A DNA stretch of 64,000 nucleotides from Octopus vulgaris (GCA_951406725.2 OX597820.1:123194001-123258000), one strand, 5' to 3'. Positions 13,641 through 25,788 are shown, counted from the stretch's first letter. Translations and numbers: made by a program. Notes: generated from the sequence alone by a model not told the origin.

Positions 13641-14199
13641 GATACCCTGGGGCACCTGCCGGGCCAGACCTGTTTGCCTCTGGATCCCAAGCCTTTTTTG
13701 CCATTTACATTTTCATAGTTTATGGATCTCATAATTGTATTTAAGCCTGTTTTTTCGGGCTACGACCAGCCCCATCCATTGAGCTCGTGTAACTTCAGGA
13801 AAATTTACTCAAGCAATACCTGTGCCAGAAAATTTTTAAAGTGAGGAGAGAGCTTGCATTCACCCAAACCCACTCTCTAAGCATCAAAATTATAACCCAT
13901 AAAGAATAGATCCTCATCAACGGATGCTCTTTGAGACTGGTAGGTTTTTTTTAACTTACTTTGGTAGAGAATACTCTCTCCTCGAGGTAGTACTTCAATG
14001 TCAAAGTTATTTTTTTCTCGGAAAATTTCAGTAAGGGCACATTTCACCGGCATACAATCCTGACTATCACTACTAGTACAATAATCATTGCGGTTGAGAT
14101 TCCTATTTACCGAAGTCGTTGGGGGGAGGGGCAGTGGTCAGTTACTTGAGCCAGTAACGTAGTTTGGCTGGCAGGTACTTGGTATCTGTTGGAATGTCG

Positions 14200-14740
14200 C
14201 TAACTGCGAAACCACGTGGTGGTCTTATATCATTCACGTTTACGTTTTTGTTTATAGAGTTGGGATGAAGGTTAATTTGCGATGTTTTTAATAAAATTAC
14301 AGTTACTAACCTTTCTATGTTCTACAAATGTTGCTTGTTGGCGTAGTTGCTTCGCAGTAAAATGGTTTAATTCTGGATGCAGATCGTCCCAATATGATTT
14401 CAATGGAATCAAAATGCCAACTGTGGGGTTTTGTTTCGCTTTTTTGTAGCAGTTAAATAGATCATTATTCAATTCATAACTACAAGAGAAATGGGTTTTG
14501 TAGTCACGGTTTCTTCTATAACTACAGCCAGAAAGAATGTTTACCTGTTTTCGTTCTGTTTCTCGATTGTGTTGTTGTTGTTGATGTTGTGTCCAGCCAC
14601 GTTGTTTGTATTAACCCTCTGCTTCATGCTAAATTCAAGCAAATGGAAGTCTCCAGGAAAGGATAAAATTCCTAACTTCTTGTTGAATGCCTTCACAGAG
14701 AGCCATGGACTGCAAACAAAACTTTACTACAATGTTTTGT
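14200..14740. mobile_element. Dong/R4-like LINE pieces joined in opposite orientations (N-terminus on -, RT start on +)
   Basis: Minus: LKSYWDDLHPELNHFTAKQLRQQA. Plus: KWKSPGKDKIPNFLLNAF (WKSPG.D.I.NFW motif). Confidence 0.6.
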
Positions 14741-15100
14741 AACAACAAATACACACAACCATGTAGGCCTTGTTTGACCGAAAGGCGTAAATTCTGTTCA
14801 GATCTAAAATTCCGAACTCAATTTTTAATTCCAGATCAGAGATATTCAGTGGGTGTAGACAAATGTCTTAATATATTCTATTTTTATATACCCTTTAAAA
14901 TTGTTCATATATAATTTATATTTATTTATTCATCGATTTATTTGAAAAAACTTTTCTTTTTTTTTTTAATTCATTCATTCACCTCGGTGGAATTTTCCAT
15001 TAGATACGTTTTGCTTTCGTATTGCTCACACTGGTCCTCTATTTAAACGTAAACCTTTTGGTTGCATAGTTCAATCAGCGCCTGATAATCGTACTTATGT

Positions 15101-15410
15101 GGAGGCACATGGCCTAGTGGTTAGAGCAGCGGACTCGCGGTCGAGGGATCGTGGGTTCGAATTTCAGACCGGGTGATGTGCGTGTTTATGAGCGAAAACA
15201 CCTAAGCTCCACGCAGCTCCGGCAGAAGGTAATGGCGAAACTTCTGCTGACTCTTTCGCCACAACTTTCTCTCACTCTTTTCCTCCTGCATCTTGCAGCT
15301 CACCTGCGATGGACCGGCGTCCCGTCCTGGTGGGAAACCTATACGCCAAGAAACCGGGAAGCCGGCCCTTATGAGCCAGGCATGGCTCGAGAAGAAACAA
15401 ACAAACAAAC
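15101..15410 (+). mobile_element. Full-length tRNA-derived SINE with (AAAC)n tail and 11-bp TSD
   Basis: A box tggcctagtgg, B box ggttcgaat; TSD cgtacttatgt at 15090-15100 and 15411-15421. Confidence 0.85.
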
Positions 15411-15726
15411 CGTACTTATGTACGTGAAACTCTTAGTAGCGCATATAATACATATAATATGAAGCACTTACAGTAATATTACACACTCATTAGATCGAAT
15501 ACTCTTTTTATTGATTTTTACACAAATTAATTTCGTATATATATATATATATATATATAAAATAATAGTTATCGCCATACTAATATGGCATTCTTATAAA
15601 AATAAGAAAAAAGCTGTCCGCTTATTAGCTCCATGAGGCCATCGCCTTAAGTTAGCTATTTGATACACAAACTGTATCCATATAACCTTCGAACAAGGAG
15701 GTCAGTCGCTCCACACTACTTGACCG

Positions 15727-15755
15727 GCAGCTCAGACGCGTTTCGGGGTATTGCC

Positions 15756-15759
<4 letters not shown>
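15727..15759 (-). ncRNA. 5'-truncated Penelope-type hammerhead (stem II-GAAA-stem III-GUC half)
   Basis: Reverse complement gggg(caata)cccc-gaaac-gc-gtc-tgagctg; the CUGANGA box is replaced by (TA)n. Confidence 0.6.
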
Positions 15760-15795
<36 letters not shown>

Positions 15796-15797
<2 letters not shown>

Positions 15798-15880
15798 TGA
15801 TGAGTTCTCAGCATCTTAAATCTGTTGTAATACTTACAACATTTAATAAAATGATGTAGTACGAAACGATCGTACCAAAT
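15796..15880 (+). ncRNA. Hammerhead ribozyme motif with long stem II; 5' strand of stem I lost to (TA)n
   Basis: ctgatga-gttct...(inner hairpin tgttgtaa-tac-ttacaaca)...agtac-gaaa-cgatcg-ta; palindromic stem III, GUA site. Confidence 0.7.
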
Positions 15881-15907
15881 TACCGGAGTCATTCTTGTTG
15901 CTTATTT

Positions 15908-15967
<60 letters not shown>

Positions 15968-15970
<3 letters not shown>

Positions 15971-18220
15971 GAACGAGCTATCACATGTTGACTGGTCCTT
16001 TACACATACACACATCTCCACCAACCATAAAACATCTTGGCAGATCTTTGTAGACACCGTCACAGACATATGTGCAAAACACTCCCCACCAAGACCTGTG
16101 AACAAAAAGTGCAGAATCCCCCAAAACAGAAAAACCATTATCAGAAAAATAAAAAGAACAAACAAAAAAATTAACAAACTAAAGTACTGCCAACAGCAAC
16201 ACACACATTCGACGGCTATCGCACTGCTTGAATCCAAAAAATATAACCTCCAACAATGCATGAAGACCCTCATCAATAACCAAAGATCAGCTGAGGAGAA
16301 GCGGGCCATTGAAAAAATCAAACTCAACCCCAAAGTGTTCTTTTCATTTGCGAGGAAACGCAGGGTCACTGTCTCCACTGTTGGCCCGCTAACTGATGAA
16401 AATGGCACTCTCCAAGATAATGCCAAATCCATGGCCGAGATACTGCAGAAACAATACTGCTCTGTTTTCAGCAATCCTGATATGGCCGATCTGGGCTGTA
16501 TCAGTGATGTCAACCCCCAACACACTATATCGGACATAACGTTTAGTGCCCCTGATGTCTTAGCGGCGATAAACGAAATAAAACACAATTCAGCAGTAGG
16601 CCCCGATAGGTTCCCTGCTTGTGTCCTGAAGGTGTGTCGATACCAACTTGCATCTCCCCTTGCTAATCTGTGGAGAAACTCACTGGATGCTGGCTATATT
16701 CCAAAAAACCTTCTGTCCCAGTCTGTTGTCCCAGTTTTCAAAAAGGGAAACAAGTCCCTTGCAGTGAACTACCGTCCGATCTCACTCACCTCTCATATCA
16801 TCAAGGTATTTGAGAGGGTGGTGAGATCTCGAATAACCCAATTTCTGGAAAGCAACAGACGGCTGATCTCTAACCAACATGGGTTCCGTAATGGAAGGGA
16901 CTGCCTAACGCAGCTCCTGCATCACTTTGATGACATTTTGAGAGCTTTGGGAGAGGGCTCCAACACCGATGTCATCTACCTTGATTTCAGTAAGGCCTTC
17001 GACAGGGTCGATCACAAGATCCTATTGAAAAAACTATCCAACATTGGTGTCTCTGGAAAGTTAATGAAATGGATCAAGTGTTTCCTGACAGACAGATCTC
17101 AACATGTTGTAGTTGAAGGGGTAAAATCAAGCCCAGCCAAAGTCAGTAGTGGCGTTCCGCAAGGCACTGTGCTGGGCCCACTTCTTTTCATCATTTACAT
17201 TAATGACATTAATGACATCATCAAGCACAGCAACATAAAAATCTTTGCAGATGATTCCAAGCTACAGAAGGTCATAAATGAGGCGAGTGACCGGACATGC
17301 CTTCAGTCAGATCTACTGGCTGTTATCCAATGGGCAGAAAAAAACAATATGCTGCTGAACGAGGATAAATTTGAGCTAATCCACTTTGGAAATGAGGATG
17401 CCCTGAAACTCCCATACTCCCTTCCTTCAGGTGAAACTCTCGCGGCGTCCAACAACATCAGAGACTTGGGAGTAATTGTGGACAACAACATAAGCTGGGC
17501 CACTCATATAAACACCAAAGTTGACATGGCCCGCAGAATGTGTTCCTGGATTCTCAGAACTTTCCAGTCGAGAGATATCCACACCATTATCCTTCTCTTC
17601 TCCACTTTTGCCCGACCCCACCTTGAATACTGTTGTCCACTGTGGTCTCCCCACACAATACAAGGTATCATAAAAGTTGAAGCACCTCAAAGGGCAATCA
17701 CAAAAAAGATAGATGGCATGACAGGCCTCGACTATTGGGGTCGACTAGAAAAGCTAAAACTCTATTCTCTCCAACGTCGTCGTGAGCGCTACATCATCTG
17801 CATGATGTGGAAAATATTCCATCAGCATTGCCCAAATGATGTTGGCATCACCTTTAAGGTACATCCAAGGCTTGGGCCCCGTGCCATCCGCCCAAAACAA
17901 AAATCGCACTCTCATCGCATAACAACAATACGGCACAATTATTTCACCTCAATTGGCCCCGCTCTCTTTAACATTACACCAAAACACATTAAAAAAGAAA
18001 CTGACCCTATAGGGTTAAAGAAGTCTTTGGACAGATTCCTTCAAGAAATCCCGGATAAACCCCCTACACCCGGATATGTCTCTGTAAGCAATAACTCTCT
18101 ACTTGAGTGGGCCATAGTGCCCAAATTCTGACTTGAAAGACTTCACCAGGTGGTGCTATTAAGTTAGACATGGCCTGGGCCAATAATGGCCGAAACCTAT
18201 CAAAGTATCAAAGTATCAAA

Positions 18221-18222
<2 letters not shown>
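15968..18222 (+). mobile_element. 5'-truncated young CR1-group (Zenon-like) LINE inserted in (TA)n
   Basis: Frame open from the truncation point to the stop at 18131; 3' UTR hairpin ggcc-aataat-ggcc; (ATCAAAGT)3 tail; TA repeats on both sides. Confidence 0.9.
16098..18131 (+). CDS. LINE reverse transcriptase (ORF2 lacking the endonuclease)
   Basis: 677-aa uninterrupted ORF with NYRPISLTS, QHGFR, YLDFSKAFD, GVPQGTVLGPLLF, FADD and RDLGV motifs. Confidence 0.93.
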   Translation: MNKKCRIPQNRKTIIRKIKRTNKKINKLKYCQQQHTHSTAIALLESKKYNLQQCMKTLINNQRSAEEKRAIEKIKLNPKVFFSFARKRRVTVSTVGPLTDENGTLQDNAKSMAEILQKQYCSVFSNPDMADLGCISDVNPQHTISDITFSAPDVLAAINEIKHNSAVGPDRFPACVLKVCRYQLASPLANLWRNSLDAGYIPKNLLSQSVVPVFKKGNKSLAVNYRPISLTSHIIKVFERVVRSRITQFLESNRRLISNQHGFRNGRDCLTQLLHHFDDILRALGEGSNTDVIYLDFSKAFDRVDHKILLKKLSNIGVSGKLMKWIKCFLTDRSQHVVVEGVKSSPAKVSSGVPQGTVLGPLLFIIYINDINDIIKHSNIKIFADDSKLQKVINEASDRTCLQSDLLAVIQWAEKNNMLLNEDKFELIHFGNEDALKLPYSLPSGETLAASNNIRDLGVIVDNNISWATHINTKVDMARRMCSWILRTFQSRDIHTIILLFSTFARPHLEYCCPLWSPHTIQGIIKVEAPQRAITKKIDGMTGLDYWGRLEKLKLYSLQRRRERYIICMMWKIFHQHCPNDVGITFKVHPRLGPRAIRPKQKSHSHRITTIRHNYFTSIGPALFNITPKHIKKETDPIGLKKSLDRFLQEIPDKPPTPGYVSVSNNSLLEWAIVPKF

Positions 18223-18255
<33 letters not shown>

Positions 18256-18264
18256 TACATACAC

Positions 18265-18370
<106 letters not shown>

Positions 18371-18567
18371 AATTTGCTTCACCACACACCGAACTTTAGA
18401 AATATCATAATAAATATTGTTTATTATATTATTATAATAAACAATTATAAACTATTATAATAAATATTGTTTAAGTTTACCGATAATGGTCTTTCTTGGT
18501 AGAATTATTAATAATTAACTAACGTTACCCTTATTAATTTTACCCTACTTTCTATCTTTTTCAACCG

Positions 18568-18624
<57 letters not shown>

Positions 18625-19470
18625 CATACAGCACCTATATATATATATATATATACAGACAGACACATACATATGCAAAAATGGGCATCGTAACACGCAC
18701 GTAAAATATAGTTAAAAGGGCTCCATAACCAAGCAAACAGAATGATAAACACGTAGTTATACTTTGTATGTCCAATCAATCTATTTCCTCTTTTTTCTAT
18801 GAACTGTCTTTCAATCCCATATTTTACTCTTAAATTTCTAATACTTATCTTCCTCTCTTCCCTTTCTCACTCGTTCTATTCCTTCCTCTATTTCTTATAA
18901 CGTTCGTATATTCCTTCGATCACATCTTCTCCAAGTATTTCCTTTGTGTTTCGCAGACACAAAGACATACACACATGCATGCGCGAACGCTCGCACGTGC
19001 AGCGTACTCGCATTCTCACACGTATACACACACACACACATACACACGCGCACACACTCACCCCCACGTACCAAACGCTTTTCGCTTTACCAATCTTCTC
19101 TCCTGTCTCTTTACTTTTCTCTCTCTCCTTTCTATTTCTTTCTCTCTTGTCTTTCAAATGTCTGTTCGTCCCTTCCTGTATCGATTGTTGTTTAATCCAC
19201 TTATCCCACCTATCAGTGCTTTAAATACATTTAAAGACTACATCGGTCTACGGCTGTCGTACTGCCATATTGGTTTTATCTGTAATAAAAAGAGGATAGG
19301 ATATTGAGAATATTTGAGAAACAAATTCACCAACTGCAATGGCACCAGGAACAAACGGCAACTTTAGCTGCAGAAGTGGCAGAGGAAGAAGACGCTAAGG
19401 TAAAAAATATGTAGATTTTGCTGTTAATTCTGGTAGGTTAAGTTGCCACATATAGTCTTCTTCGGAGCTG

Positions 19471-19881
19471 GGATCTTTTCGGTTTGAACGGCAGTTTTTA
19501 ACATAATTTCTAGGTAACTAAAAAATATTAACCTTCGTATATTGGTAGGATGTGTTTATAAAACATCTTTTTCTCTTGGCTTTATTGAGAAAATTCTATA
19601 GTTTGTAAGATATTTGTTGTTTTTCTTTTTTTCAATTTCTGCAATTTCAACCAATCACTGACGTCCTTTGAGGTAAACAACATTCTGTGCCGTATGAATA
19701 TGTCCCTCGTTTAAGAAACAGATTGGGTTTATTTACATTTCTGAAGAAAAAAAGATACCCTTCCCCCCACTCCTAACCCTAACCCTAACTCTAAAATAGA
19801 TTGAAATGCAATAGATCGATACTAGGGTCATAATTATGGGTGACACCGCTAGAAAAATTGCCGTTCAAACCGAAAAGATCC
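19471..19881. mobile_element. Telomeric-repeat MITE, copy 2
   Basis: TIRs; 8-bp TSD cggagctg at 19463-19470 and 19882-19889. Confidence 0.9.
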
Positions 19882-20454
19882 CGGAGCTGGCCTGGAACGG
19901 TATCACAACGAAAACAAGACCAATGAGACAACAGCAATAAGAACAGCAACAATAACATCAGTGACAGCACTGGCATCAATAACAACAACAACAACAACAA
20001 CAGGGAAGTCATACGATTCGATCGTGAAAATGGAAGGCCGTATTGGATACTGCTGTTGTAAATAAATTATGCTTCAAATCGATGGAACAATCAGGGTTGG
20101 AACGCCTCTGAGTACAATTCTATCAAATGAGCTCAGCTTTATTAAATGAGGCCCGTTATACGAGGTGGTGGTCAGTGAGAACGATGTGTTCACATACAAC
20201 TCATGGTTACAATAACTCTCACACAATGGCTGCAATGTGAACCTCATCAACAACAACAACAACAATAACTATTCCAACTTATAAAGTCTGGGAATTTCCT
20301 AGAGTTTTCTCTTCCTCTCTCCTTCTCTCCCCATCACCCACCATCCCTCTTTCTCTCCCCCTCTCTCTCTCTCTCTCGTTCCCTCTCTTTCCTGGAGACG
20401 ATGGGACAAACTAGAAACGTTTGAACCCTAACTCACCAACCTACTCATGCCTTT

Positions 20455-20883
20455 GGATTTTTTCGGTTTGAACGGCAGTTTTTTCTAGCGGTGTCATATG
20501 AAATTGTCACCCATAATTATGACCCTAGTATCGATCAATTGCATTTCAATCTGTTTTAGGGTTAGGGTTAGTTAGGGTTAGGAGTGGGGGGAAGGGTATC
20601 TTTTTTTCTTTACAAATGTAAATAAACCCAATCTGTTTCTTTCACGAGGTACATATACATACGGCACAGAATGTTTTTTTTTACCTCAATACACGTCAGT
20701 GATTGGTTGAAATTGCAGAAATTGAAGAATAAAACAACAAATATCTTACAAACTATAGAATTTTTTCCATAAAGCCAAGAGAAAAAGATGTTTTATGAAC
20801 ACATTCTACCAGTATACGAAGTTTAAAATTTTTTAGTTCCCTAGAAATTATGTTAAAAACTGCCGTTCGAACCGAAAAGATCC
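20455..20883. mobile_element. Telomeric-repeat MITE, copy 3 (opposite orientation)
   Basis: TIRs and internal (TTAGGG)n; no clear TSD. Confidence 0.9.
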
Positions 20884-21428
20884 GAAAGAAACAATACAAA
20901 CAATATGAGTAAGAGCAACATTCACAACCATGAATGAGTGTAGACGTGTTTTATTTTGGTTCCAACCGAGTTTAGCATTCTCATCTCTGTTGTAGCCATC
21001 ATCAAAATCTCAAAGCCTACATACATAGATCGAGTGGTAAGAGGGCACGACCATACTACATCCCATACAGACTATGATACTATACCACACGCTACATCCA
21101 ATATAGATTGTGACACTATAGCACATACATTTAAAATAATTCATATGGCAATTACCACCAGTGATATGGAGAAATATGGCATATCGAGTTGTTAGAGATC
21201 TGCTGCGTGTATATTGCCATTTGGCCAACTCCCCACGTTATTAACTGTGCAGTTCAGAGCAGACCTAGACGTATGCATCAATAAAAACAACAATGACAAA
21301 AGCAACAAGTAAAGTTTAATGGGGCAAAGAGTAAATCAACAAGGACAATAAAAAAGAAGAAATTATTAATGAAGAATTAAGAAGCAGCTATTTAATTCCA
21401 TTGGATCTCATTGTTTATTTCTGTGTTT

Positions 21429-21464
21429 CTTTCTGTGGAAGAGCGTAGGCTCGAAACGTTAAAA
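21429..21464 (+). ncRNA. Minimal hammerhead motif, core CUGUGGA, in the short HHR element (~21400-21560)
   Basis: cttt-ctgtgga-a-gagc(gtag)gctc-gaaa-cg-tt-aaaa; downstream sequence homologous to 1030-1120. Confidence 0.65.
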
Positions 21465-21559
21465 ACTTTTTCACTTCCCTAGTGTTAAACTAATACATCT
21501 GTTTGTTGTCTACACCACCTGTCTTCGTCTTTTGTTTTTTTAAAATTCTCCCTATATTT

Positions 21560-22612
21560 ATATATGTATGTATGTACACACGTATGTATATATATTTGTG
21601 TGTGTGTGTGTGTGTGTGCACACATATATATGTACATATACATATGTATGTACGTACATACATACATACATACATACATACATACATACATACATACATA
21701 CATACATGCATACATGCATACATACATACACACATACATACATACACACATGCATACATACATACATACATACATACACACACACATACATACATACATA
21801 CATGCATACATACATACATACATACATACATACATACATACACACATGCATACATACATACATACATACATACATACATACACACACACATACATATATA
21901 CATACATGCATACATACATACACACATACATACATACATACATACATACATACACACACACATACATACATACATACACACACACATACATACATACATA
22001 CATACATACATACATACACACACACATACATACATACATACACACACACATACATACATACATGCATGCATACATACATACATACATACATACACACATG
22101 CATACATACATACATACATACATACATACACACATGCATACATACATACATACATACATACATACACACACACATACATACATACATACACACATGCATA
22201 CATACATACATACATACATACACACACACATACATACATGCATGCATACATACATACATACATACATGCATGCATACATAAATACATACATACATACATA
22301 CATACACACATACATACATACATACATACATACACACATGCATACATACATACATACATACATACATACACACACACATACATACATACATGCATGCATA
22401 CATACATACATACATACATACATCCATACATACATACATACATACATACATACATACACACATACATACATACATACATACATGCATGCATACATACATA
22501 TATACATACATACATGCATACATACATACATACATACATACATTTATACATACATACATACATACATACATACATACATGCATACATACAAACATACATG
22601 CATACATGCATA
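21560..22612. repeat. ~1-kb (ACAT)n-based microsatellite array
   Basis: Directly visible; source of the 350-390-aa MYVC/HTYI ORFs. Confidence 0.95.
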
Positions 22613-23354
22613 TTCTTTTGTTCTTTTACACGTTTCAGTCATTAGACTGCCGCCATGTTGGAGTACCACATTAAAGGGTTTTAGTCGAAGAAATCGACTC
22701 CGGGACTTATTCTCTGAAAGTCTGGTACTTATTCTATAAGGATATTATGCCGAACCGTTGAGTTACGGGGACATAAACACATCAACATCGGTTGTCAAGC
22801 GGTGGGGGCAGGGGACAAGGGACAAACACAGACACAAAGACACACACAGATAAACACACACACATGTATGAATGTATGTATGTATGTATGTATGTATGTA
22901 TGTATGTATGTATGTATGTGTCAAAACGTAAATTATATATATATTCTTTAGTCTTTTGTTTCCATCATTTGACAGTGGCCATGGTGAAGCACTCCTTTGG
23001 TCGAACAAATCAAACCCAGGACTTATTCTTTGTAACTTATGCTATCGGTCTCATTGCCGAACCGCAAAGTTACAGGGACATTAACACACCGACATCGGTT
23101 GTCAAGCGATAGTGGTGGGACAAACACAGACACACAAACATATACATATATATGTATGTATATACACAAACATATACATATATTTGGTAGGCGGAAACAG
23201 AAAGCTTTCTGTTTCCGCCTACCAAATCCCCTCATAAGGCTTTGGTCGGCTTGAGACTATAGTAAAATCATTTTGCCAATGTCCCACACAGTGGGACTGA
23301 ACCCGGAGCCATGTGGTTGGGAAGCAAGCTTCTTACCACAACCATGCTTGCGCC
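22613..23354 (-). mobile_element. Two adjacent copies (one partial) of the abundant tRNA-derived SINE with internal microsatellite
   Basis: Same family as 44328-44890: head ggcgcaggagtggctgtgtggtaag...ggttcagtccc, tail ccagcatggccgcagtcaaatgactgaaacaagtaaaag. Confidence 0.85.
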
Positions 23355-23473
23355 TATACATTTATATGCCTGTACCTTTGAAATAGTGTCATATTACAGT
23401 AATATATCAGTATTTTCCATTTGTACCCCTTATCTAATTTACTTATGACAGTAGGATGTTTATAACAGTACTC

Positions 23474-23901
23474 GGATCTTTTCGGTTTCAACGGCAGTTT
23501 TAACATAATTTCTAGGGAACTAAAATATTTTAAACTTCTTATACTGGTAGAATGTGTTTATAAAACATCTTTTTCTCTTGGCTTTATTGAGAAAATTCTA
23601 TAGTTTGTAAGATATTTGTTGTTTTTTTTTCTTCTATTTCTGCAATTTCAACCAATCTATAACCGTCTATTGAGGTGAAAACATTCTGTGCCGTATGAAT
23701 ATGTCCCTCGTTTAAGAAACAGATTGGGTTTATTTACATTTGTGAAGAAAAAAAGATACCCTTCCCCCACCCCTAACTCTAACTCTAACCCTAACCCTAA
23801 AACAGATTGAAATGCAATAGATCGATACTAGGGTCATAATTATGGGTGACAATTTCATATGACACCGCTAGAAAAAACTGCCGTTCAAACCGAAAAGATC
23901 C
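23474..23901. mobile_element. Telomeric-repeat MITE, copy 4, flanked by a 66-bp direct duplication
   Basis: TIRs; 23408-23473 is repeated at 23902-23967 (6 mismatches). Confidence 0.9.
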
Positions 23902-24220
23902 CAGCATTTACCTTTTGTATCCCTTATGTAATTTACTAATGACAGTAGGATGTTTATAACAGTACTCTATTTCACTAGTACTTGTCAGTTCTCTACGTTC
24001 TTTTTCTAATTTTCTGGAATCATAGTAAGCTTCGTAAGAATTGGTGATTTTGATTACAACCCGCTGTTTTCTAAGATAACACAAGTTAGACAAATATGCT
24101 AAGCAAAAGTATCAGTTATTTCCCCTGCTGTGTTCTTCCTGATCATTCAGGGGAGGCAACCAAGAACGTTTAATTCATGTCTAACAGTATCGGCTATTCT
24201 CATTATTTGCGCTTTTTACG

Positions 24221-24595
24221 CCTTTACTTGTTTCAGTCATTTGACTGCGGCCATGCTGGAGCACCACCTTTTAGTCGAGCAAATCGATCCCTTATTCTTT
24301 GTAAGCCTAGTACTTATTCTATCCATCTCTTTTGCCGAACCGCTAAGTGACGGGGACGTAAACACACCAGCATCGGTTGTCAAGCGATGTTGGGGGGACA
24401 AACACAGCTAAACACATATATCTACATATATACGACGGGCTTCTTTCAGTTTCCGTCTACTAAATCCACTCACAAGGCTTTGGTCGGTCCAAGGCTATAG
24501 TAGAAGACACTTGCCCAAGGTGTCACGCAGTGGGACTGAACCCGGAACCATGTGGTTGGTAAGTAAGTTACTTATCGCACAGCCACTCCTGCGCC
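24221..24595 (-). mobile_element. tRNA-derived SINE (abundant family)
   Basis: Full head-to-tail match to the family. Confidence 0.9.
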
Positions 24596-24848
24596 TACTA
24601 ATTTTATACCCTGTAGTTTGTTAAAACATACTATGCATTGATTAAATGAAGTTGATGAAAAATATTGATATGTTAAACATCTTTCCTTTCAATGCAATAA
24701 AGTATACCTCAATGCATCATGTTCTTCGAAAAGAAGAATGTTTAGCTATCAAGCATTATCAGTCACCAAATAAACACAGGTAACTAGGTGATGAGGCAAG
24801 TATATTCTTCCCTTTACTGATGACAGTAGGATGTTTATAACAGTACTC

Positions 24849-25117
24849 GGATCTTTTCGGTTTGAACGGCAGATTTTAACATAATTTCTAGGTAACTAAA
24901 AAAATTTAAACTTCGTATACTGGTAGAATGTGTTTATAAAACATCTTTTTCTCTTGGCTTTATTGAGAAAATTCTATAGCTTGTAAGATATTTGTTGTTG
25001 TTTTTCTTCAATTTCTGCAATTTCAACCAATCAGTGACGCCCATTGAGGTAACAAAAACATTCTGTACCGTATGAATATGTCCCTCGTTTAAGAAACAGA
25101 TTGGGTTTATTTACATT
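24849..25117. mobile_element. Telomeric-repeat MITE, copy 5 (truncated)
   Basis: One TIR plus ~270 bp of body; preceded by the same 36-bp flank as copy 4. Confidence 0.85.
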
Positions 25118-25363
25118 GAACGAAGACTGACGCGAAGCTATAACAGAATCGCGGCGAAATGCCTCTGCGATTACAAGAACATGCAGTAAAGGCTTTAAAA
25201 AAACAATGTAACATGTAAACAATTTAAAACACAGATCACCGAAAGATTCAAGCCAAACTTCTCCTTTAGCATTCACAAACTACTACACCAAAAGCGGTTA
25301 TGACATGAAACAAGAGAAAACTAGCTTATTTCATTTTTATCCGTAATTAACAACACTGACTAC

Positions 25364-25788
25364 GGATCTTTTCGGTTTGAACGGCAGTTTTTTCTAGCGA
25401 TGTTATATGAAATTGGCACCCATAATTATGACCCTAGTATCGATCTATTGCATTTCAATCTGTTTTAGGGTTAGGGTTAGGGTTAGGGGTGGGGTGAAGG
25501 GTATCTTTTTTTCTTCACAAATGTAAATAAACCCAATCTGTTTCTTAAACGAGGGACATATTCATACGGCACAGAATATTTTTTACCTCAATGGACGTCA
25601 TTGATTGGTTGAAATTGCAGAAATTGAAGAAAAGAAAACCAACAAATATCTTACAAACTATAGAATTTTCTCAATAAAGCCAAGAGAAAAAGATGTTTTA
25701 TAAACACATTCTACCAGTATACGAAGTTTAAAATTTTTTAATTACCTAGAAATTATGTTAAAAACTGCCGTTCAAACCGAAAAGATCC
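25364..25788. mobile_element. Telomeric-repeat MITE, copy 6
   Basis: TIRs; (TTAGGG)4 at about 25465-25488. Confidence 0.9.

Noticed and set aside
13600-13700. HDV-like ribozyme in the GC-rich RTE 5' region
   Set aside because: The nested double pseudoknot (P1/P1.1/P2/P3/P4) could not be built by eye.
15101-15175. tRNA gene
   Set aside because: The A/B boxes belong to a SINE head with body, tail and TSD; there is no complete cloverleaf.
15902-16588. 228-aa minus-strand ORF
   Set aside because: Antisense shadow of the LINE RT ORF.
19295-19399. Possible + strand exon (RIFEKQIHQLQWHQEQTATLAAEVAEEEDAK|gtaaaa)
   Set aside because: No polypyrimidine acceptor, an in-frame stop just upstream and no recognisable homology.
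20388-20426. ctggaga...gaaacgtt possible degenerate hammerhead
   Set aside because: Core and stem II are too degraded to support a call.
21485-22739. Long ORFs of 237-391 aa (MYVC/HTYI repeats); similar ones at 7500-8331 and in the TA/CA/ATT tracts
   Set aside because: These are translations of stop-free microsatellites, open in many frames, and not genes.
25460-25495. True telomere or chromosome-fusion relic
   Set aside because: Only 2-4 TTAGGG units, always at the same position inside the MITE.
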